Source: Bacteroidales bacterium
GTDB taxonomy: Bacteria > Bacteroidota > Bacteroidia > Bacteroidales > UBA932
NCBI GenBank assembly: GCA_009774765.1
Contig: VSOK01000003.1
Coordinates: 1,885 to 65,884 of the forward strand
DNA length: 64,000 bases
Direction of reading: 5' to 3'
Both the position numbers and the translations under genes were made by a program. Positions 47,570 to 56,555 of the stretch are shown in pieces; positions within the stretch are counted from its first letter, which is position 1, and every line of letters begins with the position of its first letter. The notes under the pieces were generated by a model, which did not search any database, was not told the origin of the DNA, and saw only the letters and a program-made list of their open reading frames with translations.

Positions 47570-49165
47570 TTATCTGACTGCCACTGTACCGGGATTTTCC
47601 AGTGCAACCTTGATCGTCTCGTCGATGTCTATGTAGAAACGGTAGAACGCTTCATCATCAAGTTTGGAGTACCGTCCGACGAGAGCCTTGAGCTGAGGCA
47701 TCATATAAGCCTCGGACAGTTCCCATTCGCCTTTCTTTGCCACAATACCTTCCGCAGCGGCAAAATCGACGAACCTGCGGCCCAGATCAAGACTTTCAAG
47801 ATATGATGAAAGTTCGTCAAAATTCTCAATGGCAGACAATTTTGCCCTGTAGCGGTCAAACATTAATGAAGCGAAACGCATCTGCATCGCCTTCTTGTTG
47901 CATTTGATATAGAAAGATGTAGCCTTTGTAGTATCAATAGGGACAAATATATCAGGCACGATTCCTCCGCCTCCGTATACAGTCCTTCCTCCTACGGTGA
48001 AATACTCTATACTGCGGTCTATCTTTATGCTGTCCGCCTCCGTCATCTCACCGTGCGCATAACGCTCATATATGTCATAGGCATAGTCTGGAGAATACGG
48101 TTTCTGTATACAGCGTCCCGAAGGGGTATAGAATCTTGCAACAGTAAGCCTTATCCCTGATCCGTCCGTAAAATTAAGCGGTTCCTGGACCAGTCCCTTG
48201 CCGAAAGAACGTCTTCCGACAATCACTCCCCTGTCATTGTCCTGTACCGCTCCGGCAAATATTTCACTTGAAGATGCGGAAGACTCGCCTATCAGGACCG
48301 AAAGCTCCACATCCTGAAGAGTACCCCGGCCATCTGCCTTGAACTCCTGCCTGTCACGGTGCAGTCCTTCCATATAAACAATCATCGCCCCTTTCGGTAG
48401 AAATTCATTGCCGAGCAGAAGTGCCTGGTCAAGATATCCTCCGCTGTTGTCACGAAGGTCAAAAAGCATTCTTGTCATACCTTGCGAAAGAAGCTCCGCA
48501 CTGGCCTTGCTGAATTCGCTGTAGGTTGTCCTCGAAAATTTTGACAGACGTATATATCCTGTAGTGTCATTGACCATAAATGCGGCATCGACACTGTTTA
48601 CAGGAATTTTTCCTCTGGTGATATCAAACGGTATCACAGCACCTGAGCGCGATACCGTTATCTTCACCTTGCTTCCTGAAGGCCCCTTCATAAGCCTTAC
48701 CATACTGTCCTGAGGCGTCTTAACCCCGGCTATATCTTTGGTATCTACTCTGATGATCCTGTCTCCCTGCATCAGCCCGGCCTTTTCTGACGGGCCTCCA
48801 GGAATGACACTGAGCACTATGGCCGTATCATTGGGTACATTGAACTGGATACCGATTCCCTCAAAATTACCGGCAAGCTCAGTCTCTGAAATCTCCAGAT
48901 CCACAGGAGGCAGATACACAGAATGAGGATCCAGCTTCTGAAGCGCGGCTTCTACAGCAGCATCCGTCATACCCTTCATATCTATAGTGTCGACATAATT
49001 CTTCTCCACTTCCTGAAGAATCAGATTCAGTTTACGCCAACGCTCATAGTTCCCGTCAAATTTTTTCGTGTCTGTGATTCTGAACACAATGCCGGAAAGA
49101 AGAGCACCGATAACAATGCCCAGAAGGGCTGCATAGAGGGCGGTATTTCCTTTTTTCATCTTCAA
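47570..49165 (-). CDS. ctpA: S41 carboxyl-terminal processing protease
   Basis: LDPHSVY, PDZ GIGIQF, DLRDNSGG, SASSSEI, SFGKGLVQ. Confidence 0.92.
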   Translation of the reverse strand: MKMKKGNTALYAALLGIVIGALLSGIVFRITDTKKFDGNYERWRKLNLILQEVEKNYVDTIDMKGMTDAAVEAALQKLDPHSVYLPPVDLEISETELAGNFEGIGIQFNVPNDTAIVLSVIPGGPSEKAGLMQGDRIIRVDTKDIAGVKTPQDSMVRLMKGPSGSKVKITVSRSGAVIPFDITRGKIPVNSVDAAFMVNDTTGYIRLSKFSRTTYSEFSKASAELLSQGMTRMLFDLRDNSGGYLDQALLLGNEFLPKGAMIVYMEGLHRDRQEFKADGRGTLQDVELSVLIGESSASSSEIFAGAVQDNDRGVIVGRRSFGKGLVQEPLNFTDGSGIRLTVARFYTPSGRCIQKPYSPDYAYDIYERYAHGEMTEADSIKIDRSIEYFTVGGRTVYGGGGIVPDIFVPIDTTKATSFYIKCNKKAMQMRFASLMFDRYRAKLSAIENFDELSSYLESLDLGRRFVDFAAAEGIVAKKGEWELSEAYMMPQLKALVGRYSKLDDEAFYRFYIDIDETIKVALENPGTVAVR

Positions 49166-49566
49166 TCAACCTTTTCTACGACAACTCCCGCCTTGACAAG
49201 GAGGTCAACCCCGTCCGTAAGCCTGTATTCGTCACGGTAGACGACACGGCTGATTCCGGACTGGATAATCAATTTAGCGCATTCAATACAAGGGGCAGCA
49301 GTTACATACAATGTGGCATTCCTGCTGCTGTTGCCCGACTGTGCGACTTTGGTGATAGCATTCGCCTCTGCGTGAAGTACATACGGCTTTGTCGCCCCGC
49401 TCTCGTCCTCGCAAATGTTCTCAAAGCCTGCAGGAGTGCCGTTATATCCGTCAGATATGATCATCCTGTCCTTCACGAGCAGTGCCCCGACCTGACGTCT
49501 TCTGCAATATGAGTTTTGCGCCCATATAGCCGCCATCTGCATATAACTGCTGTCAAATTTCTCCAT
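49162..49566 (-). CDS. dCMP deaminase family protein
   Basis: GYNGTP, HAEANAI, PCIECAK. Confidence 0.92.
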   Translation of the reverse strand: MEKFDSSYMQMAAIWAQNSYCRRRQVGALLVKDRMIISDGYNGTPAGFENICEDESGATKPYVLHAEANAITKVAQSGNSSRNATLYVTAAPCIECAKLIIQSGISRVVYRDEYRLTDGVDLLVKAGVVVEKVD

Positions 49567-49572
49567 ACCGAA

Positions 49573-51231
49573 TTAATTTCTCTGATAAAGATACCTTTTG
49601 ATGCTTCTCTTTGGAGTACGCTCAAAATCTTCCGGAAGAATCTCGATCTTCTTGATCCTTGCATAGTTCGGAAGTTCCTTGTTCGTCTCCACCATAGCTT
49701 CGTTGAGAGCTTTTTCCAAAGCCTCACGGCTGAATCCGTCAACCTCACCCTGGTGGAAATCAGGATATATCAGAGCCGTCAGTCCCCCGTCGTCCTCTAT
49801 GACAAGAGAATCCACAACATATTTCATATTGTTCAGGACGCACTCGATCTCCTCCGGATATATATTCTGTCCTGAAGGGCCGAGTATCATACATTTGGAA
49901 CGTCCCCTGAGGAAAAGATATCCCTCGGAATCCATTATTCCCATATCGCCTGTACGGAACCATCCGTCCGCAGTGAACGATGCTTCGGTAGCCTCTTCGT
50001 TCTTGTAGTATCCGAGAAATACATTGGCTCCTTTGACAAGGACTTCTCCCGGGATGGTATACGGATCATCAGAGTCAATCTTTATCTCCATATTCGGAGC
50101 CGCCTTTCCACAGGAAAGAAGCTTGTTGGTCTTCCAGTCATCGTATGCTATGATCGGTGCGCACTCCGTCATACCGTAACCGACAGTGAACGGGAAGTTT
50201 ATCCTTTTGAAGAACGCTTCAACCTCCTTGTTGAATGCGGCACCTCCGATTATGACCTCTTCAAACTTTCCTCCGAAAGCTTCAATAAGCTCCGTCCTTA
50301 TCTTCTTCATGACAACCTGGTCAAGGCCCGGAATATTCATAAGGAATCTGATGCCGCCTTTGTCAAGTATAGGCTTGAGCTTGTTTTTATAGACTTTCTC
50401 TATGATAAGAGGAACAGCGATGACGATATGAGGCTTGATTTCGGCAAGAGCCTGCATAATGATCTTTGGACTCGGAACCCTTGTAAGGAAATGCACGTGT
50501 GAACCCACTGTCATCTCAAACAGAAGTTCGAACATCATACCGTACATGTGGGCAGAAGGCAGCATCGCCACGACATCGGACTCATTGCCAATCATAGGAA
50601 GCACCTGTTTTGCAAACACTATGTTGGAATACAGTGCCCTGTAAGGAATCATCACTCCCTTTGAAAAGCCTGAAGTTCCTGAAGTATAGTTGATGAGCGC
50701 GAGTTCATCAGCCGAATCCTCATAATAATCCAGATTCTCAGGCAGGAAGTTCATCGGATATTTCTTTCCGAAAAGCTCATTGAGATGCTCCCTTACAGAA
50801 GTTATCTCATCTGTCCTCGAATAAAGGAAAGAGAAATTGTTTATCTGGATTACAGCCTGAAGGTTAGGCATCTCCGATTCGGTAAGCCCTTCCCATACGA
50901 CATCATCAACAAAAAGTATCTTTGCTTCAGAATGGTTCACCAGGTGGTGGACATTTCCTGCTTTGAATTCGTGAAGGATGGGAACCGGCACTGCACCGTA
51001 TGTAATCGCAGAAATAAACGCTACACCCCAGTTGGCCTGGTTGCGTGCACATATTGCAATCTTGTCACCTTTTACAAGTCCGCAATTTTCATACATAATG
51101 TGCATCTTGGCAATTCTTCTTGCCACATCCCTATAATGAAGGACCTGTCCCTTATAGTTTGAAAGGGCCGGACGGTCCCAATTCGCTTTGAAACTCGCTT
51201 CGTAAAGTTTGTTTACAGATTGAAATTCCAT
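49573..51231 (-). CDS. Long-chain fatty acid--CoA ligase (AMP-binding)
   Basis: YTSGTSGFSKG, GYGMTE, FRTGDMG, GQNIYPEEIE. Confidence 0.92.
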   Translation of the reverse strand: MEFQSVNKLYEASFKANWDRPALSNYKGQVLHYRDVARRIAKMHIMYENCGLVKGDKIAICARNQANWGVAFISAITYGAVPVPILHEFKAGNVHHLVNHSEAKILFVDDVVWEGLTESEMPNLQAVIQINNFSFLYSRTDEITSVREHLNELFGKKYPMNFLPENLDYYEDSADELALINYTSGTSGFSKGVMIPYRALYSNIVFAKQVLPMIGNESDVVAMLPSAHMYGMMFELLFEMTVGSHVHFLTRVPSPKIIMQALAEIKPHIVIAVPLIIEKVYKNKLKPILDKGGIRFLMNIPGLDQVVMKKIRTELIEAFGGKFEEVIIGGAAFNKEVEAFFKRINFPFTVGYGMTECAPIIAYDDWKTNKLLSCGKAAPNMEIKIDSDDPYTIPGEVLVKGANVFLGYYKNEEATEASFTADGWFRTGDMGIMDSEGYLFLRGRSKCMILGPSGQNIYPEEIECVLNNMKYVVDSLVIEDDGGLTALIYPDFHQGEVDGFSREALEKALNEAMVETNKELPNYARIKKIEILPEDFERTPKRSIKRYLYQRN

Positions 51232-51248
51232 AATTGTTCGTATTTGGT

Positions 51249-53531
51249 TTAAGGTTTAAGTTCAACTGTTACTTTCTTGCCGTCATATCTCGTGACTTCA
51301 ACTCCTCCCTTGACAGGGGTAACCGCACTGTCCGGCCTGATCTTCCTGTTGCCTTCAAACGATGTCAGCGGATCACCTCCATAGAAAGGATATATAAGAG
51401 TCTGCAGCGACGTCCTGACAGCCCAGTAGGTCTTTCCGCCGACCTTTATTTCCTCCGGAAGACCTTTGATTGTCTCCGACGGTCTTATACCTTTCCAGTC
51501 AGCAGGCTTACGTCCCTGAAGATTGTACATATCGATAGTATTGTCCTTGTGAAGCACCATCACATTGTATTTTCTCGCACCGGAAAAGTCATAGACATCA
51601 GGGCCTATAAGTATTTCCTTGCCAAGATCCACCGGGAAAGGACTTACAAATCGTCCCAACCTGTCTATAAGATACAGTTTTGATCCTGATGCGAACAGAA
51701 TCTGTAGCTTCCCGTTGGCAAAATAGTCTACTGTCACGGCATTTCCGCATATAGGCGTACTGAACGGTGCTCCCCAGAGCCCTTTTCCGTTCTCATCTTC
51801 CAGACAGAGATACATATTGGACCTCTGATAGAACGAATTGATTTTTCCCGTGCCGGAATTCTTCACCTTGAAAGGTCCTGTCGGGACAACCACTACTGTA
51901 TCTCGTTCGTATACAGGTGCATTGCTCTTGATTTCAGAGACGCGGTCAAGAGTGAAGCCGACCGTATTGTCACCTTTGGATGAGCCTATTTTCATTACAG
52001 CGGGAGCGAATACCGCATCTGCAAAGAAAGATTTGAGTGCTGAAGCATATTCCTTTCTGAACACCTGCTCCAGTACCGCAGAGTTCTCAGTCATCGACAT
52101 ATAGCCGAAGAAGTGCAGATTGCGCGTATCGGCACGGCCCGAAAGGTCAGCTCCGGACAGATATGAAGCAAGAGTATTCTCCAATGCGACTCCACTGACA
52201 TACTCGTTTACGGCAGATTCGCTTCCGGCAATAATCCAGCCCTTCATATATGTGAACTTCGACTCATCATCTGCAGAAAACAGTGAGCCGAAAAGCGAAG
52301 ACGCGAATCCGGAATAGACAAAATCGTGCACCGCCGGAACATACTGTTTCACGGAGGTGACATCCAGACCTCTGAAAATCGTATTGACATCGATATTTCC
52401 CGGCCTGAGCAGCAATACGTTTTCAAGCCTGTCGCCCACATAGAACGAGGCTTGCGCTATCTCTTTGAGATCCAGAATCTCAGCCCACTGCGCAGGAGCG
52501 ATTTTGACATTGTTCTGAAGAGCCTTCTGCGCGGCCTTGTACTTAGCCTCCCCCATCTTCGTGTCCGCGAACTTCAGATATGCTTCAAGATAGGCGTTAA
52601 CATCAGCCAAAGGGACAGAAAAGGCAGACACCGTATAGGAAGGCAATACATCAGCGACTTTTGACGTCGCAACGGAAGTGTTGCGGAAGACATTGAGGAA
52701 TTTTTCATTGCCGTGGCCGCTTATCATAGTGCCGGACATCGAAAGTCCTGAAAATGAAGTCTGGTCAAACGAAAGGACTATCCAGTCCGAAATACGCCGG
52801 GAAAAGTCCGCATATTTTCGGTAGCCGCTGTTGAGGACTTCGGACATAAGTTTGCCGATATTGGCGTTGGAAATATACAGCTGGCCTATGCCATAGCTGA
52901 CGGAAGCCGCAGATGCGAACCCGTCGTGGTCAACTACAGAAATAGATTGTGATATATGTCTTTCGGAAGATTTCAGAAGCGACTCGGAAGATGAGATGAG
53001 AAGCAGCTGGCGTTTTTCCAGATATGTTCCCTTCTCAGCAAGCTTGGAGCAGTCAAGACTCGAAGTATAAAGTCCGTATTCTCCGGCAAAATCCCTAAGC
53101 ATATAGACATCTTCAGAAAGCGTAGCTCCAGACCTGCCCGCATCGATTATGAGCAGAGGCATAAGCGAGCCTCCATAATGAAACGAGAGCAGAGCCCTTG
53201 ATGACCTTATTGAATGGATTTCCTTTGCCTCAATCTTGCCGTAGACTCCTGAAATGAATTTCCCGAATCCGTCTGATGAGGACATAAAGCCGACTGGAGA
53301 ATCCGCGCCTCCAAGAACGAAAGACAGAGACTTCAAGTCATCAAAACGCATCAGGGCCACGGCATCAGACGGTACAGCCTGAAACAGCCCGTTGCGGCTA
53401 TCAGACAACTCAAGCCCGGAGCTGTCCCTGCTTCCGGAAGTATCCGAATATAAAAACATTATAGCCACTCCCACTCCTGCAAGGAGTACAATTATGGCTA
53501 TAGTCAAAAAAATTACAGTCTTTTTGTTCAT
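51249..53531 (-). CDS. Conserved membrane-anchored hypothetical protein (760 aa)
   Basis: Long ORF, N-terminal TM; C-terminal VDYFANGKLQILF...LIDRLG repeat-like region. Confidence 0.8.
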   Translation of the reverse strand: MNKKTVIFLTIAIIVLLAGVGVAIMFLYSDTSGSRDSSGLELSDSRNGLFQAVPSDAVALMRFDDLKSLSFVLGGADSPVGFMSSSDGFGKFISGVYGKIEAKEIHSIRSSRALLSFHYGGSLMPLLIIDAGRSGATLSEDVYMLRDFAGEYGLYTSSLDCSKLAEKGTYLEKRQLLLISSSESLLKSSERHISQSISVVDHDGFASAASVSYGIGQLYISNANIGKLMSEVLNSGYRKYADFSRRISDWIVLSFDQTSFSGLSMSGTMISGHGNEKFLNVFRNTSVATSKVADVLPSYTVSAFSVPLADVNAYLEAYLKFADTKMGEAKYKAAQKALQNNVKIAPAQWAEILDLKEIAQASFYVGDRLENVLLLRPGNIDVNTIFRGLDVTSVKQYVPAVHDFVYSGFASSLFGSLFSADDESKFTYMKGWIIAGSESAVNEYVSGVALENTLASYLSGADLSGRADTRNLHFFGYMSMTENSAVLEQVFRKEYASALKSFFADAVFAPAVMKIGSSKGDNTVGFTLDRVSEIKSNAPVYERDTVVVVPTGPFKVKNSGTGKINSFYQRSNMYLCLEDENGKGLWGAPFSTPICGNAVTVDYFANGKLQILFASGSKLYLIDRLGRFVSPFPVDLGKEILIGPDVYDFSGARKYNVMVLHKDNTIDMYNLQGRKPADWKGIRPSETIKGLPEEIKVGGKTYWAVRTSLQTLIYPFYGGDPLTSFEGNRKIRPDSAVTPVKGGVEVTRYDGKKVTVELKP

Positions 53532-53538
53532 ACAGCAA

Positions 53539-53913
53539 TTACTTTACAGCAATCGCCTCTATCTCAACTTTCACACCAAGAGGAAGGGCGGCTACCTGAT
53601 AGCAGGCTCTTGCCGGTTTGTCCTGGGTAAAGAACTCCGCATAGACCTCATTCATTGCCTTGAAGTTGGCGATATCATCCAGAAGGACGGTCGTTTTCAC
53701 GACATTGTCATACGTCATACCTGCTTCGGCAAGAATAGCACCTACATTCTTGAGAGACTGTCTTGTCTGCTCCTCAATGGTCTGAGGCACTGAACCGTCA
53801 GCCGGAACTACAGGAATCTGACCTGAAACATACAATGTCCCATTAACTTCTATTGCCTGGGAATAAGGGCCCACCGCCTTCGGTGCATCAGCAGTCGCAA
53901 TAACTTTTTTCAT
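53539..53913 (-). CDS. ridA: RidA (YjgF/YER057c/UK114) family deaminase
   Basis: APKAVGPYSQA, SGQIP, VVKTTV, PARAC, VEIEAIA. Confidence 0.93.
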   Translation of the reverse strand: MKKVIATADAPKAVGPYSQAIEVNGTLYVSGQIPVVPADGSVPQTIEEQTRQSLKNVGAILAEAGMTYDNVVKTTVLLDDIANFKAMNEVYAEFFTQDKPARACYQVAALPLGVKVEIEAIAVK

Positions 53914-53964
53914 CTTTATATCAATTAAATACGTTTATATACATCCAATCACCCCACTTCCAAT

Positions 53965-54009
53965 CTGCAAATATAGTCAAAACCGAGAGCAGAGACAAAA
54001 TTTATTTTG
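53965..54009 (-). repeat. Copy of the 10570-10797 repeat carrying a -7 box for ridA
   Basis: Reverse complement TTTGTCTCTGCTCTCGGTTTTGACTATATTTGCAG resembles TTTGCTTCTGCTCTCACTTTTGGCTATATTTGCAG at 10765-10799. Confidence 0.7.
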
Positions 54010-54160
54010 CCTCTGTCCCTGCAAACCTACACTGCAGCAGCGTCTACAGGCATTTTACCGCCCGGGACAATATCGCCAATAACTATAAGCAATACTTAAA
54101 AATCACGAGCAGGGCCGCCTAACGTAACCTCAACACTATCAACAACATACAAAACAGAGA

Positions 54161-54198
54161 CCTGCTTTGCCCCTACATTTTGACGAGGGCAAAGCAGG
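54161..54198. terminator. Hairpin downstream of the Rhs locus
   Basis: CCTGCTTTGCCC / GGGCAAAGCAGG 12-bp stem. Confidence 0.5.
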
Positions 54199-54509
54199 CC
54201 ATTACTTTATATAACATTAATTATCAACACATTAACAAATACACCCCTGCTTGTGATTTGTATCTCGTCCTGAAAAAGTTTACCCCCCCCATTATTTTAT
54301 GCACATATCATCCTCCAGAATGCACCGAAGCATCAGGCTTTTCTTTGCTAATGCTCAACAAGATAGGCAGGTTCATCCTGCTCTCGCTCAATCGCAAAGT
54401 TAACAGTATTTCCGGAACAGAAGGCGTATAAATCATTATGGTATTTTATAAACTGATGGCTTTGTATGTCGGATATTATTTCCAAATGAAGATTTATATA
54501 TTTTAAAAC

Positions 54510-54541
54510 AAAGTATGGAGAGAAAAGTCCCTCCATACTTT
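54510..54541 (-). terminator. Probable terminator ending the Rhs/immunity run
   Basis: AAAGTATGGAG / CTCCATACTTT stem followed by a T-rich tract on the minus strand. Confidence 0.6.
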
Positions 54542-54553
54542 AATCATTATAAG

Positions 54554-54835
54554 TTATTCCAGATATCTGGAATTTTTAATGAACACATCACATATTATTT
54601 TTGCATATTGAGGAAACAGTTCCACATCCAATTGAGGTTGATGTTTTTGGAAGAATTCATAAGCCTGGGACAATTGCCGGTGCAGTATGTACGAATAATC
54701 AAGGGTCTGAAATTCAGAGCAGATTATTTCACAGTCGTTGCCTGATTTCAGCACCAGGGAAGTATGTGCAGGATGAATAGTCGTCGGAGTAAAACCGAGC
54801 AGTCCATCGGCAGGGATTTCAGAAAAACATTTCAT
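54554..54835 (-). CDS. Hypothetical protein or gene fragment at the end of the Rhs locus
   Basis: 93-aa ORF starting 8 bp after the previous stop and ending just before a hairpin; no motif recognised. Confidence 0.35.
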   Translation of the reverse strand: MKCFSEIPADGLLGFTPTTIHPAHTSLVLKSGNDCEIICSEFQTLDYSYILHRQLSQAYEFFQKHQPQLDVELFPQYAKIICDVFIKNSRYLE

Positions 54836-54843
54836 TCAAAACA

Positions 54844-55335
54844 TCAAAGACATTCATAGCGATTCAGAGGCCTTATTTCAACATTATCCAGAATACGGTC
54901 AAACAATTCAAGATCCTCTTCTCTGACGTAGTAATACATCACAGAAACTCTGTAGTTAACATATTGCTTATATGTGTCCTGTCTAAAATATAGCCCGTCA
55001 TCACTACAGCATTTTTCGGTTTGACCGCAATAGCGGTTCGTGCCTTGGAAATATACCTGATAATTTATATCTGGAAATATATAAGAACACAATGGACTAC
55101 CGTAATATACCAACAAATATGCGGCTGATCTCTTTTGAGGCTTTTCATATTTCCTCAGATACACATATAGCCAAGTCTTAAATCCATTATCGTCTTCTTT
55201 TTGCATCGGACTTTTGAAGCCTTCTGTTTCTATTATGACCTCACTGCCATACAGTTCCAATGTATCGCACACCTGTCCAAGCACGGACGTTACGAAAGCA
55301 ACACTTAAAATCAATGTCATAACTGTCTTTTTCAT
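54844..55335 (-). CDS. Exported hypothetical protein, candidate immunity protein for the orphan toxin
   Basis: Signal peptide MKKTVMTLILSVAFVTSVLG-Q; ATGA overlap with the orphan module stop. Confidence 0.65.
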   Translation of the reverse strand: MKKTVMTLILSVAFVTSVLGQVCDTLELYGSEVIIETEGFKSPMQKEDDNGFKTWLYVYLRKYEKPQKRSAAYLLVYYGSPLCSYIFPDINYQVYFQGTNRYCGQTEKCCSDDGLYFRQDTYKQYVNYRVSVMYYYVREEDLELFDRILDNVEIRPLNRYECL

Positions 55336-55916
55336 CTCAACCTGGAATTATAATTATAACGTGCCTGCTCTTCTACCTTTTTTATCTGATCATACAATTG
55401 TATGTTTGTGTCAACCCATGATGATACGGTAATAAGAGATTCAGTAAGTGGTTCCCATACTTCCTCACCATTAACGAATTTATATTTATGGAAAGGATTC
55501 ACGTCCTTTCCCTGTTGCTTAAGCTCATAGAAATATGCATAGCCATAGGCTTCATATGCAGTATTCGTGGCCTGTCCCTCTGGCGACAAAAGCGAATTTG
55601 TTATTATATAAACATTGTCATCCGGAGATTGGTCGCTTTCTGCTCCAGGAATCAATGTAATGCCGTTTTCCCAACTTCCTCCTCTTTTAAACTCCTGATG
55701 TTCCCCATTGGCGTTCATATAGCCGGATGACGTTCGGAAATTATACTCTATGGTACTGTTTGCCAAAGCCTTCAAGGCCACCATATTTTCTGACCGACTA
55801 TCGGATTTATTAAGCCGACGGGTATTAAGTTTTCCGGAAGAATTGAATTTAACGCACTTTGCTTCATCCTTAGCAAATTTACTATGAATCTTAGCATAAG
55901 TATCGATAACTATCAA
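55332..55916 (-). CDS. Orphan Rhs C-terminal module, paralogous to the main toxin domain
   Basis: GITLIP..QSPDDNVYIITNS..TAYEAYGYA aligns by eye with GKTLLP..RSPDSNIYVIVNS..FAHEGYGHA. TTG start only; may be a pseudogene. Confidence 0.75.
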   Translation of the reverse strand: MIVIDTYAKIHSKFAKDEAKCVKFNSSGKLNTRRLNKSDSRSENMVALKALANSTIEYNFRTSSGYMNANGEHQEFKRGGSWENGITLIPGAESDQSPDDNVYIITNSLLSPEGQATNTAYEAYGYAYFYELKQQGKDVNPFHKYKFVNGEEVWEPLTESLITVSSWVDTNIQLYDQIKKVEEQARYNYNSRLR

Positions 55917-55920
55917 ATCA

Positions 55921-56550
55921 TTAATCTTGGAAATGCAGCAAGCGTAATCCCTTACCTTTTATCCAAACAGGTTGTTTTAAAAACAATTTCATATTCAATA
56001 TGATTTCATCGCTCTGGTAACACAAATTCTGCATCACATCAAAGTAATCATTATCAACAAGAAAAGTTTCTCTTCTGCATATGTAACGCACAGATCTGTC
56101 TACAAGTTCATCTGAAAAGCTACCATCCTCATCATAAATATACACCGCAAACCGTCCGTGAGGCTTAACTATCTTATAAAACGTCACAAATGGCATAGAA
56201 AAAGGAGTCTCAGAATCCATAATCAATGTTGAACCATATTCGTAAACAATTGTCATAATAGAAAGTGGGAACAATGGACGATTCATATATACACCAAAAT
56301 CTTCTTGACCAAACCAGATAACAACATAGTCATCAGTATCATTTTCAATGACATATTTATAAGTAAATATTCCTTTTTGTTCTGCCATATCTATATTATA
56401 CATATTTATGGTATCGTCATCAACAAATGGCAATGTCATACAATGATATTCCGAAACGGATTCTTTTACTAATTTCAAAGAATCTGATGGCTGGAGTTGC
56501 TTGGGTACAACTTCTAAGCATATACAACATAATGTAAGAAAGAAATTCAT
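55921..56550 (-). CDS. Candidate cognate immunity protein
   Basis: Starts 5 bp after the Rhs stop; AT-rich, 209 aa. Call is by position only. Confidence 0.65.
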   Translation of the reverse strand: MNFFLTLCCICLEVVPKQLQPSDSLKLVKESVSEYHCMTLPFVDDDTINMYNIDMAEQKGIFTYKYVIENDTDDYVVIWFGQEDFGVYMNRPLFPLSIMTIVYEYGSTLIMDSETPFSMPFVTFYKIVKPHGRFAVYIYDEDGSFSDELVDRSVRYICRRETFLVDNDYFDVMQNLCYQSDEIILNMKLFLKQPVWIKGKGLRLLHFQD

Positions 56551-56555
56551 ATTTT

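Noticed and set aside
54100..54120. att duplication of tRNA-Arg (CGAGCAG, CAGGGCC)
   Set aside because: Only 7-bp matches, to non-adjacent parts of the tRNA; expected by chance.
54075..54240. Loosely repeated TATCAACA words as recombinase sites
   Set aside because: Two 8-bp matches in AT-rich DNA, with no recombinase nearby.
54348..54536. 62-aa ORF as a further immunity gene
   Set aside because: Its start lies inside a terminator-like hairpin and it has no recognisable features.
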